Shown piece after piece: positions 7,795 through 16,574 of a stretch of DNA of 64,000 nt; the stretch's first letter is position 1; the number at the start of each line of letters is the position of its first letter. A program made the translations under genes and the position numbers. Source of the stretch: an uncultured Acidobacteriaceae bacterium (GTDB lineage: Bacteria; Acidobacteriota; Terriglobia; Terriglobales; Acidobacteriaceae); contig CAWCMJ010000019.1 of NCBI GenBank assembly GCA_963796615.1, positions 194,486 through 258,485 of the forward strand, written 5' to 3'. The notes beneath the pieces were generated by a model. It was not told the DNA's origin. It was given only the letters and a program-made list of their open reading frames with translations, and searched no databases.

Positions 7795-8798
7795 CTTCTG
7801 ATCTCCAAATCACTGGTCCAGAGGTGCGCCCGGATCCCGCTCCTCCACCTTTCCAGATCTTGTGTCTTTCCGGCGGTGGTTATCGGGGCCTTTATACCGC
7901 TGCGCTTCTTGAGGAACTCGAAAAAGAGGAAAATGCGAACAAGTCGCTCTCCAAGGTTTTCGACCTTATCGCGGGCACTTCGATCGGCGGCATTCTCGCG
8001 ATTGGATTGGCTGCTGGGATCCCCGCAAAGACCCTACGCGAGTCGTTCGAAAAAAGCGGCAGCGCCATCTTCCCGCGTTCTCTTAAGGTTCTTGGCGTTC
8101 CAGTGTTTCCGCGTTTGGGTAGTGGGATGCTGTTCAGCAAGTATGGTGCAGATGGGCTCCGAGCGACAATTGAGGCGGTTCTCGGCAGCACCGTTTCCCT
8201 TCGTCCCTTAAAAGATCTGAAGGAGAAAGTACTCATCGCGAGTGTCGATGTTACCAACAGTGGTCCGAAGCTCTTTGGCATCGATGGGGCAGATTCTGCC
8301 ACTCCACTGCTTGACATCGCCCTCGCAACTTCCGCCGCTCCCACTTATTTTCCTGAACACCGGATTGACCAGAATATCTACGTTGACGGCGGACTGATTG
8401 CCAATGCACCCGATATCATCGCCTTGATGCATACTTTGCAGCGCGAACCTTCGGCGCAAATCCAAATGCTCAGCATTGGGACAGTCGGTGAATTGGGCGG
8501 AGAAGCCTCGCGTGCAGCGAACCGCCGTGGCTGGCTGCTACGGGGCAAGGGATTGGTGGATCTCACTCTGGCAGCGCAGGAGAAGCTCTCGATCAGCCTC
8601 ACTGCGAATTTCCTTGGCCAGAATTACATCCGTCTCGATGCCAACCCATCCCAGGACCAGCAGAAGGCGATCGGGCTGGACCGAACTGACCAGGAGGCTA
8701 CCGACACTCTCAAGGCGCTGGCCCGCAAGACTGCCGAAGACGGACTCAAGCAGCACCAGGCCAAACTCCGTGCAATGCTCAATCGCACGGCCAAGTAA
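7791..8798 (+). CDS. Patatin-like phospholipase
   Basis: Oxyanion hole LSGGGYRG, nucleophile elbow GTSIGG, and catalytic Asp in YVDGGLIANAP. The ATG overlaps the stop of the PIN-like gene (ATGA at 7791-7794). Confidence 0.85.
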   Translation: MTSDLQITGPEVRPDPAPPPFQILCLSGGGYRGLYTAALLEELEKEENANKSLSKVFDLIAGTSIGGILAIGLAAGIPAKTLRESFEKSGSAIFPRSLKVLGVPVFPRLGSGMLFSKYGADGLRATIEAVLGSTVSLRPLKDLKEKVLIASVDVTNSGPKLFGIDGADSATPLLDIALATSAAPTYFPEHRIDQNIYVDGGLIANAPDIIALMHTLQREPSAQIQMLSIGTVGELGGEASRAANRRGWLLRGKGLVDLTLAAQEKLSISLTANFLGQNYIRLDANPSQDQQKAIGLDRTDQEATDTLKALARKTAEDGLKQHQAKLRAMLNRTAK

Positions 8799-8899
8799 TC
8801 CCGGCTGGTGTTCCACTCCGCCCCCAAAATTTCCGAATCCTATTTAGTCGGCACTCCGTCCCGCCTTCAGTTAGCAGGGTGGAGGTTTCTTTTGGCTGA

Positions 8900-9193
8900 T
8901 TAGGCAGCCATTTCGGCTCCCCGCCGCCGGGTTAACTTGGAGCGTTTATGCACTCCTTCGTTCTCTACGCAATACACAATCACGACTTCGCCGATGGCCA
9001 AGCTGCGGTATCCAGGGCCGAAATCTCCATCTCGCCAACGGCCCAGACACGGAAAGGTAGCTTGCGCGAGAAAACGGTCAGTGAGGATATCAATCAGGCG
9101 GTCGGCCGTCTCGGGCATGCGGCGCGCAGCCAGACTTCTCCGATAGCGAAGCAAACCGGGCGCCCGCAATTGCCATTGGCAGTTGTGGGCCAA
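8900..9193 (-). pseudogene. ParE/RelE-family toxin-like remnant (no cognate antitoxin gene seen)
   Basis: PETADRLIDILTDRF..LGRWRDGDFGPGYRSLAIGEVVIVYCVENEGV resembles the ParE core. The N-terminus and C-terminal tail look non-canonical or truncated. Only about 50 nt lie upstream before iscX. Confidence 0.35.
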
Positions 9194-9246
9194 CTCGGCC
9201 TGTCGCGACTTGCGTTATAATCCCTCACACGTTCCGGAGGAAGCTC

Positions 9247-9474
9247 ATGGCACAGGAATTGACTTGGGAAGACATCAGCAGAATCGGGATCACGCTCTCC
9301 AACACGCATCCTGCGGTTGAGCCGGACAAGGTCGAGTTGAAACGCTTGCACGATTACGTGACCCAGCTCAATGAGTTCAAGGGTGACCCCGAGAAGTTCG
9401 ATGAGCAGAAGCTGGCGGCGATCCGCTCAGCGTGGATCACGGAGTTCCTGGAGCGCACCCGCAACTGGGCATAG
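9247..9474 (+). CDS. iscX: Fe-S cluster assembly protein IscX (YfhJ family)
   Basis: LTWEDISRIGITLSNTHPAVEPDKVELKRLHDYVTQLNEFKGDPEKFDEQKLAAIRSAW aligns along its length with E. coli IscX ([59 protein letters not shown]). Confidence 0.8.
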   Translation: MAQELTWEDISRIGITLSNTHPAVEPDKVELKRLHDYVTQLNEFKGDPEKFDEQKLAAIRSAWITEFLERTRNWA

Positions 9475-9583
9475 ACCCCTTGCCGTAGCTTTCCCTTCAC
9501 AGCACAAGCGTGTGCGGGTCACACCGCGATTCTTTGCCGCAGGCTTATACTGGCCGGTGGTTAAAAGCAGTGAGAGGAATGCC

Positions 9584-10168
9584 ATGCCGGAAATCAAGCC
9601 TCGTTACGAATTTCGTATCTGGGCCGAGTCTCTCGCGCCACTGCGCGCCAAGTTGGAAGCACTGGGCCGGGCGCGCGAGGCGAAGAGCGCGGAAACCTAC
9701 CTCATCTCCAAGGTCACCGAACGCTGCAACGCCAAGATCCGCGCCGAACTGATGGACATCAAGGTATTGGTCGCTGAAGACCGCGGCCTCGAACAGTGGA
9801 AGCCCATTCTAAAAGCCGGCTTCCCCTTGAGCCAGCTCGACATCGCCAGTCAAGTTTTCCCTAGCCTTCAGGTGATGGCTCCCACGCTGGTCAAATCGGC
9901 TTATACCTTTGACGAGTTTCTGAATTCAGTGGTGCGTCCGGAACCGAAAATCGCGGTGGTTGAGGTCACCAAGACGCGCTATCAGTTCACCATCGGAGCG
10001 TGCGCCGCCGAGTACTCGCAGATCACGATCAACGATGCGCCGCGAGATACCGTCGCCGTGGAATCCACCGATGCCGATGCCGTGCTGGAGTTGGTGGCCA
10101 AGCTCGGCATTCACGAACCAAACGTCAGCTACATTCGCGAAATCCGCCGCATTCTGGGCTGGGCATAA
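9584..10168 (+). CDS. Hypothetical protein, possibly a divergent CYTH-like domain
   Basis: ATG at 9584 preceded by GAGAGGA. The N-terminal YEFRIW resembles a degenerate ExExK CYTH motif. Sits directly upstream of a canonical CYTH gene. Confidence 0.5.
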   Translation: MPEIKPRYEFRIWAESLAPLRAKLEALGRAREAKSAETYLISKVTERCNAKIRAELMDIKVLVAEDRGLEQWKPILKAGFPLSQLDIASQVFPSLQVMAPTLVKSAYTFDEFLNSVVRPEPKIAVVEVTKTRYQFTIGACAAEYSQITINDAPRDTVAVESTDADAVLELVAKLGIHEPNVSYIREIRRILGWA

Positions 10169-10189
10169 GCGTCTTGGAGAGAAGACATC

Positions 10190-10654
10190 ATGGGCAAAGA
10201 GATTGAGCGCAAGTTCCTGGTGAAGGGCGATTCCTGGCGCGCCCAGGCGCACGGCAAGCGCTACCGGCAGGGTTATCTGAGTACCGTCAAGGAACGTACC
10301 GTTCGCGCGCGTGTTGCCGGAGACCAGGGCTTCCTCACCATCAAGGGCATTACCGTCGGCGCCAGCCGTTCGGAGTACGAATACGAGATTCCGCTTGCCG
10401 ACGCTAACGAGATGCTCGACAAACTCTGCGAGCGCCCGATCGTCGAGAAGACCCGCTATCGCCTTCCTCAGGACGACATCGTCTGGGAGATCGATGAGTT
10501 CGAGGGCGACAATCGCGGACTTATCGTGGCCGAGGTCGAACTCAAGGATGAGCACCAGAGCTACCCGAAGCCAGATTGGCTGGGCGAAGAAGTGACGGGC
10601 GATCCCCGCTACTTCAACGCAAACCTGGTGGCGAAGCCGTTTACGACCTGGTGA
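10190..10654 (+). CDS. CYTH domain protein (class IV adenylate cyclase / triphosphatase family)
   Basis: N-terminal EIERKFLV (ExExK), then RIR-type strands (VRARVAGDQGFLTIKG), EYEYEI, and WEIDEFEG..GLIVAEVEL. Confidence 0.8.
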   Translation: MGKEIERKFLVKGDSWRAQAHGKRYRQGYLSTVKERTVRARVAGDQGFLTIKGITVGASRSEYEYEIPLADANEMLDKLCERPIVEKTRYRLPQDDIVWEIDEFEGDNRGLIVAEVELKDEHQSYPKPDWLGEEVTGDPRYFNANLVAKPFTTW

Positions 10655-10663
10655 CGAACCGCT

Positions 10664-11704
10664 CTATTCTCCGGCGCGAGCGTAATAGCCCTGGCGCGCC
10701 TGAACCTTATAGTCGCCGTTCTTCGTCTTGATCTGGATCTTGCGATACGATCCGTCGAGCTTGCGGTTGGTGGGGGTGTAGCCCACGTTGTACTGGCTGC
10801 GGAGTTCCTGCTGGATCTGCTCGAATGCCGCCCGAAGTTTCTGCTGGTTGTTGCCGACTTCGATCACGCGCCCGCCGGTTTCCTCGGCCAGCTTCTTCAT
10901 GTCGCCCAGACCGAAGCCTTGATACCAGCCTCCACGGTCTGCGATCAGGATGACGTAGCACATGGTGTCGGACTTCTGCGCGGCTTCGATGGCGTCGCGA
11001 ATTTTGAGCTGGCTGCCTTCGTCTTCCCCATCGGTGAAGACGATCATGGCTTTGCGCCCAACCTCGTTCTTCAGCTTCTCGTCGGAGGCCAGATAAATCG
11101 CGTCATATAGCGCGGTGCTGCGCGGACGCGCCGTCGGCACCGGACCGCCGCCCAAGCCCACCGGTCCGCCGCCGGCCGAGCCGCCGCCGATCTGTAACTT
11201 GTCGAGCGAGCGCTTCAACGACGCGACATTGTTGGTGTAGTCCTGGTCGAGGTCGATGTCAGAGTCGAAGTTGATCAGGAAAGCCAGGTCCTTGGGCCGC
11301 AGCACACTGCGCAGGAACTCCACGCACGACTCCTGCTCGATGGTCAGCACGCGCGTCTGGCTGGGACTGGTATCGATCAGCAGCCCCAGCGTCAGGGGCT
11401 GGTCCGATTCCCCGGCAAAGTACTTGATGGTTTGCGGCTTGCCGTCTTCAAAGACCTCGAAGTCGTCTTTCTGCAGGCCCGGAATCAGCAGTCCATGCTT
11501 GTCTTTCACGTTAAAGAAGATGTTGACGACGTTCACCTGGGCCTTAAAAACCTCGCCCGACGCCTCGGCCTCCGGCTCCTGCGTCTTTTGTCGAGGCACC
11601 GTGGACTGGGGCGGTTCCTGGTCATGCACGGTGAATTGCGCCATCAGCGACGCCGCCGGCAATAGCAACATCACAACGAATAAAAAGTTACGGAGACGGA
11701 TCAA
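10664..11704 (-). CDS. VWA domain-containing protein (acidobacterial VWFA-related family, TIGR03436-like)
   Basis: Signal peptide LIRLRNFLFVVMLLLPAASLMAQ. VNVVNIFFNVKDKHGLLIPGLQKDDFEVFEDGKPQTIKYF followed by LIDTSPS (MIDAS-like). A TTG start near 11704 after GGAAAGAAGAAGG is preferred over the ORF start at 11836. Confidence 0.75.
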   Translation of the reverse strand: MIRLRNFLFVVMLLLPAASLMAQFTVHDQEPPQSTVPRQKTQEPEAEASGEVFKAQVNVVNIFFNVKDKHGLLIPGLQKDDFEVFEDGKPQTIKYFAGESDQPLTLGLLIDTSPSQTRVLTIEQESCVEFLRSVLRPKDLAFLINFDSDIDLDQDYTNNVASLKRSLDKLQIGGGSAGGGPVGLGGGPVPTARPRSTALYDAIYLASDEKLKNEVGRKAMIVFTDGEDEGSQLKIRDAIEAAQKSDTMCYVILIADRGGWYQGFGLGDMKKLAEETGGRVIEVGNNQQKLRAAFEQIQQELRSQYNVGYTPTNRKLDGSYRKIQIKTKNGDYKVQARQGYYARAGE

Positions 11705-11841
11705 CGAAATACCTTCTTCTTTCCGGATACTGTCATTGTATTGCAATCCCACTGGCTGTAACACCAGGCGGGATGTCGCGACTCGGCGCTTGCGGTTATA
11801 CTTAGGCTGAGTTCCGGCTTTTTGGAGACCAGCCACCGATC

Positions 11842-13227
11842 ATGCTGAAGCGTGCCTGCGCTACTTGGGTTTTCTTGCTGGCGGCAGTGTGTTTGTCCGC
11901 CCCGTTTGCGCTTGCACAGCAGCCTTTGCCGGATGCTCCGAGCCCGCAGAAAAACGCCCCTCCGCCGGCTCCTGAGCCCTTGCCCGACGTCACCGCCCCA
12001 GTCCCGGGCATGGACGACGACTCTTCTGGCACTTCCAAGACTAACCCGCCGGGCACCGGGAAGACTCGTCAGGACGCAAATACCCCGCCCAGCGGGAGCA
12101 ATCCGCAGGCCCCGCCCCCCGGATCGCAGGGCATCAAGACCGTGCCCGCCGGGCAGGCCTCCGGCGGCCCGGGCAACGCTTACGACGAGCTCTTCAAACT
12201 GGAAGTCAACGTCAACTTCATCAGCGTGCCAGTCACTGTCAAGGACAAAGACGGAAGAATGGTCGACGGCCTGCTGGCGCAGGACTTCAGCATCTACGAA
12301 GACAGCGTGAAGCAGGCGATCACGTACTTCACCAGCGACGCCTTCCCGCTCTCGGCAGCGGTTATCATCGATCTCGGCATCTCCGAAACCACGCTGAAGA
12401 AGGTGGCCTCGACCTATTCCGCGCTCGACGGCTCCTTCGGCCCCTTCGACAAGGTCGCGGTCTTCACCTATGGCAACACCGTGCACAAGCAGGCGGACTT
12501 CGGCGACACCCGGCGGCTGCAATTGGCGCTGCAACGCATCCGCGATTTGCAGGGACAGAATCCCGGCTCGCCCGTTGTCGGCGGGCCTTTTGGCTCCGGC
12601 CCCACCACCAACGGCAAGCCGGTCGATCCCGGACAACTTCCGCTCACCAACCAGGCCGGCACCCGCGAGTCGCACGTGCTCAACGACGCCATCCTGACCG
12701 CCGCCACCGAGCTGGCCCACCAGCCGCGCAGCACCCGCAAGATCATCTTCGTCATCAGCAGCGGCTATGAATACGGCAGCCGCGCCAGCTATGCCCAGGT
12801 CCTGAAAGTTCTTCTCACCAACAACGTCGCCATTTACGCCGTGGGCGTCGAGGGTTCGGCCATCCCCGGCATGAACAAGCTCGACAAACTCCACATCCCC
12901 GGACAGGGCTACACCGACATTCTTCCCAAGTACGCCAACGCCACTGGCGGAGACCTCATCGACTCCTACTCGCGCGAGGCGATTGAGAGCGCCTACCAGG
13001 CCATCACCTCGCAGGCCCGCAACCAGTACACCCTGGGCTACACCACGCCGCAGCGGGCATCGAGTTCGTATCGTGACATCGAAGTCCGCGTGAAACGCCC
13101 CGGCCTGCTGGTCACCGCCAAGCACGGCTACTACCCACTGCCTCCGCAGAAGGAAGCGCTGCCCGCAACTGCTCCCCCCGCCGACACGACTGCGAAGCCG
13201 TCAGCTCCATCCGGCGCCTCGCCATAG
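11842..13227 (+). CDS. VWA domain-containing protein (paralog, TIGR03436-like) with a Pro-rich linker
   Basis: Signal peptide MLKRACATWVFLLAAVCLSAPFALAQQ. VNVNFISVPVTVKDKDGRMVDGLLAQDFSIYEDSVKQAITYF. Divergent from its paralog 10664..11704. Confidence 0.8.
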   Translation: MLKRACATWVFLLAAVCLSAPFALAQQPLPDAPSPQKNAPPPAPEPLPDVTAPVPGMDDDSSGTSKTNPPGTGKTRQDANTPPSGSNPQAPPPGSQGIKTVPAGQASGGPGNAYDELFKLEVNVNFISVPVTVKDKDGRMVDGLLAQDFSIYEDSVKQAITYFTSDAFPLSAAVIIDLGISETTLKKVASTYSALDGSFGPFDKVAVFTYGNTVHKQADFGDTRRLQLALQRIRDLQGQNPGSPVVGGPFGSGPTTNGKPVDPGQLPLTNQAGTRESHVLNDAILTAATELAHQPRSTRKIIFVISSGYEYGSRASYAQVLKVLLTNNVAIYAVGVEGSAIPGMNKLDKLHIPGQGYTDILPKYANATGGDLIDSYSREAIESAYQAITSQARNQYTLGYTTPQRASSSYRDIEVRVKRPGLLVTAKHGYYPLPPQKEALPATAPPADTTAKPSAPSGASP

Positions 13228-13311
13228 CGGCCCGGCGGCAGCGCCGTCTATCTGCGCCTCCTGCCGAGTCCTTTGACCGCGCTCGACCGTGAGCTTATGC
13301 TGAAAGCCGCC

Positions 13312-13800
13312 ATGAGACAGCCAATGCGAACCTCTCTCTTAGCCGTCGTAGCGTTTGTCTTAGCGCTCGGCATTCTATGTCCACCCCGTTCCGCCCAGGC
13401 TCAGGAGATTAGTAAGACAGCCATGGCGGGCAATTACTCTGTCACCCTCAAAGTTTTGCCGGCCGAAGCCTTCTCCGGCCCAAAGGCAGAAATGGTGCGC
13501 GATGGAGGCGCTGCGGCCGATGAACTCGGTGGGCCGGGCCAACCCAACCATCACCTCGTCGTCTTTCTCAAGGAAAACGACAAGCCAGTCGAGAAGGCCG
13601 AGGTTTCCATCAAGTATCGCGAAAGTTCCTCCAAAACGGCGAAGTGGATGAACCTCCCCGTCGCGCGTATGCACGTGGCCGGCAAGGGTCCCGAGACCAC
13701 TCACTTCGGCAACAACGTGAAGCTGGCTCCGGGAAAGTACGAGGTTCACGTCACCGTAAACGGGAGCGAGCCGGCGAACTTCGACTTCACGCTGCCGTAG
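13312..13800 (+). CDS. Secreted hypothetical protein
   Basis: Signal peptide MRQPMRTSLLAVVAFVLALGILCPPRSAQA and a beta-rich mature part. The start is ambiguous (TTG 13273; ATG 13297, 13312 or 13324). Confidence 0.55.
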   Translation: MRQPMRTSLLAVVAFVLALGILCPPRSAQAQEISKTAMAGNYSVTLKVLPAEAFSGPKAEMVRDGGAAADELGGPGQPNHHLVVFLKENDKPVEKAEVSIKYRESSSKTAKWMNLPVARMHVAGKGPETTHFGNNVKLAPGKYEVHVTVNGSEPANFDFTLP

Positions 13801-13924
13801 CAACCGCCAACCTTGGCGCCCCAGAGCCTGTCCTGAGCCCGCCGAACGGTCCGCGTGCTTCTGCGGCACGCGGACTTCGGCTAGCCAACCTACCGCTCGA
13901 CCCCTCTTCCACCACCGACCGGCG

Positions 13925-14226
13925 ACACAGGCTTTGACACGACCGACTTCATCTCCGAGTGCCGCCACATGCAGGTCACACCGCATGTCGCAGAGAATGA
14001 CGGTCGGCGCGGCGGCAGCGGCATCGACCGGCGGACGACGCGACATGCCGGCTGCTGCACCAGACACAGAAAGCGAATCGAAGAATGTTTCTGCTGGCTC
14101 AAGACCATTGCCCTGCTGCGGAAGGTACGACATCGCGGCTTGTTCAAAGTGGATTGGGTGTTCACCTTCGCCTGTGCCGCGTATAACCTGGTGCGCCTGC
14201 GCAACCTGTCAATACAGGCGGCGTAA
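13925..14226 (+). mobile_element. IS5-family (DDE) transposase, C-terminal remnant only
   Basis: GFDTTDFISECRHMQVTPHVAENDG..IDRRTTRH..RKRIEECFCWLKTIALLRKVRHRGLFKVDWVFTFACAAYNLVRL matches the conserved C-terminus of IS5/IS1182-like transposases. The N-terminal roughly 3/4 of the gene is absent. Confidence 0.7.
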
Positions 14227-14903
14227 GTCAGGGCAGAAGTGTGTCTGCAGCATGCAAAAGGACCAGCAGCTAGGAAAAATACGCTGAACCGAACTCGCTC
14301 CCCTCTCACTCGCTGACCGAAGCGGGACACCGTTCGCGCCCATCAGAGGTCTTTCAGTAGCCCGCTAGATATTTGTGGAAAACCTGTCATCGCGGACCAA
14401 ATATGCGTGGAAAACTGTTCGGCTGCACACCGCCCTGTGGATCGGCGGAATGGGTAGTGGCCCAGTTTCCGGTCATCCGACCGGAGGACTGCTGAGATGT
14501 CGGAAAACTGTTGCAATGCCGATTTCTAAGTATCTATTCCGCCTTCGCGAGTGAGTTGGCGATTTACCACTCGTCGCGATCGCTGTAGCGAGTCAACTTG
14601 CAACGATCACTTGCCCAACAAGCCGGTGGTACATCGAGAACAGCCAATCAGCATTCCTCCGCCCTGATGCCAGCGCCTCAACCGTGACGGCTCGCGCTCC
14701 TGCCCAGGTTGTGGTGCGCACTGCCATCGTCAGGTTAATGCGTGATTGCTAGAGGAAGCCAATTTTAAGACCATGCACCCAGTTGCGATACGCGGCTCAT
14801 GGGGGCATGTAAATTAGCGCACGTGTCACGGTTCTGAGATCTGGGATTAGCAATCAGAGATCGCAAAATTCACACTTGACATCGGCCGAACATCCACTAC
14901 CAT

Positions 14904-15257
14904 ATGGTTGTGGATAAATTGAGTACCACATTTGCGGCTTTGTCTGATCCAACCCGGCGAGCAATGATCCAGCGACTCTCGCATGGGCCTGCCTCTGTGC
15001 ATGGATTGACGGAACCGTTTGCACTCTCGCAGCAGATGATTTCAAAACATATCGCCTACCTGGTGCGGGCGCGGATTGTAATCAAGACGAAGCGTGGACG
15101 AGAGAGTGTGTGCACGCTTAGGCCCGAGGCGATTAAAACAGTCAGCGACTGGGCGATCAGCTATCGCAGCTTCTGGGAAGAGAGTTTCGACAAACTGGAC
15201 GCAGTTGTAAATCGAATGAAGAAACAGGAGGTCAGAGATGACAAAAAACTCGGTTAG
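14904..15257 (+). CDS. ArsR/SmtB family transcriptional regulator
   Basis: FAALSDPTRRAMIQRLSHGPASVHGLTEPFALSQQMISKHIAYLVRARIV is a winged-HTH ArsR signature. Confidence 0.85.
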   Translation: MVVDKLSTTFAALSDPTRRAMIQRLSHGPASVHGLTEPFALSQQMISKHIAYLVRARIVIKTKRGRESVCTLRPEAIKTVSDWAISYRSFWEESFDKLDAVVNRMKKQEVRDDKKLG

Positions 15258-15747
15258 CGAAATTGAGCGAATGGTTATTACCAGAATTTTTGATGCCCCG
15301 CGAGAATTGGTTTGGAAAGCGTGGACAGACCCGAAGTACGTGATGCAGTGGTGGGGACCGAAAGGCTTTACTGCGCCAGTTTGTCAGATGGATTTTCGCG
15401 TTGGAGGAAAATTTCTCTGCTGCATGAAGACGCCGGATGGGCAGGAGTTCTGGAATGCGGGTGAATACCACGAGATTGTTCCCTACGAAAAGATCGTTTC
15501 CTCCATGTACTTCTCCGACTCGAAGGGAAACAAGGTTGAGCCCGCGCAATTAGGAATAGAACATGAGGCCATAGATGGTGCGTACGACGTGACCATCTTT
15601 GAGGATCTCGGAAACGGCCAGACGAAACTCACCTTCATTGGAAATGAACCCATGGAGAGCGCGAAAAATAGCGGTCAAGTGGAGGGCTGGAACCAGATAC
15701 TCGATAAAGTTGCTGCTGTTATTGCGGGGCTAGTGCAGGCGAAATAG
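15238..15747 (+). CDS. SRPBCC / Aha1-like (activator of Hsp90 ATPase homolog) domain protein
   Basis: ITRIFDAPRELVWKAWTDPKYVMQWWGPKGF..DFRVGGKF. AGGAGG lies 7 nt upstream. This is the classic ArsR-SRPBCC gene pair, with a 20-nt overlap. Confidence 0.85.
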   Translation: MTKNSVSEIERMVITRIFDAPRELVWKAWTDPKYVMQWWGPKGFTAPVCQMDFRVGGKFLCCMKTPDGQEFWNAGEYHEIVPYEKIVSSMYFSDSKGNKVEPAQLGIEHEAIDGAYDVTIFEDLGNGQTKLTFIGNEPMESAKNSGQVEGWNQILDKVAAVIAGLVQAK

Positions 15748-16243
15748 GAATTTGGAGTTTTGACGATCGTCATGCACGAGATACAGCTGAGGCTGGCGGC
15801 GAAGGCTTGGTTAGAACAGGCTGCTCGCCGCTCGGCCGAATAGTCGCCTCTCCGGACAAGTGGCTCGCGGCTCAACTGCTGGGAACCGGCTGGTAGCCCA
15901 CCCGGCGAATCTCCAAACAACAAACCATCTTGAGGCGGGTGCCCGATCCGGCCTGATTTTGGCCGGCTGGGTCTTTTGACCTTCACTGACTACCAGGCAC
16001 TGTCCACTCAGTCCCAAGCTGCGGAGCGGCGTCCTTCCCAAATCGGGAACTCCTCTCACAATTTCCCCACTTTCCTCTTGACACCCCAAACTCAAGTGGA
16101 GCATGGTAACCAAGTTGAGGTTACCCTGAACTGAACTTTGCTCCACCTTGCTTCGGGAATACCCGCAGCGTGCGTCAACTGGTTCTTCGCGAAAAGCAAA
16201 TAGCGATTAGCGAAGAGCGTTAGCCCGTTTTTAGGAGGCACCC

Positions 16244-16564
16244 ATGCCCTTCCGCATCTGCAACTTCCCCAAGCCTGACGGCACCCCCTGCAGCTCCCCC
16301 GCTCTCAAGAACAAGAAACTCTGTTACTTCCACCATCGCGATCAGCAGCGCCTCCAACACATCGGCAGCGCCATCCGCCGCGCCGACGTCCTCGGCCCCC
16401 GCCTCCCCCGCATGAAATCTCTCGCCGACATCCAGCTCGCGCTCTTGGAGGTTATGACCGCCATCGCCGGCCAATCCATCTCCAACCAACGTGCCGGCCG
16501 CATCCTATTCGACCTCCAGCAGGCCGCCATCCCTCTCCGGCGCCCAAAACCGTCCAGGGAGTAG
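16244..16564 (+). CDS. Hypothetical protein (106 aa) with an N-terminal Cys/His cluster
   Basis: The ATG is preceded by TAGGAGG. CNFPKPDGTPCSSPALKNKKLCYFHH suggests a small zinc-binding module. Confidence 0.55.
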   Translation: MPFRICNFPKPDGTPCSSPALKNKKLCYFHHRDQQRLQHIGSAIRRADVLGPRLPRMKSLADIQLALLEVMTAIAGQSISNQRAGRILFDLQQAAIPLRRPKPSRE

Positions 16565-16574
16565 CCATGCAACC

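Noticed and set aside
11701-13125. 474-aa minus-strand ORF
   Set aside because: It is entirely antisense to the well-supported VWA gene 11842..13227. Its composition (G/A/R/V/D-rich, no motifs) is typical of shadow ORFs in high-GC DNA.
14383-14515. Three copies of GGAAAAC(C)TGT(T) and a 13-mer (AATATGCGTGGAA) shared with 61757
   Set aside because: A single shared 13-mer is expected by chance many times among all position pairs in a 64-kb window on both strands. The 11-mer triplet is noted under the IS-scar finding but is too short to call a functional site.
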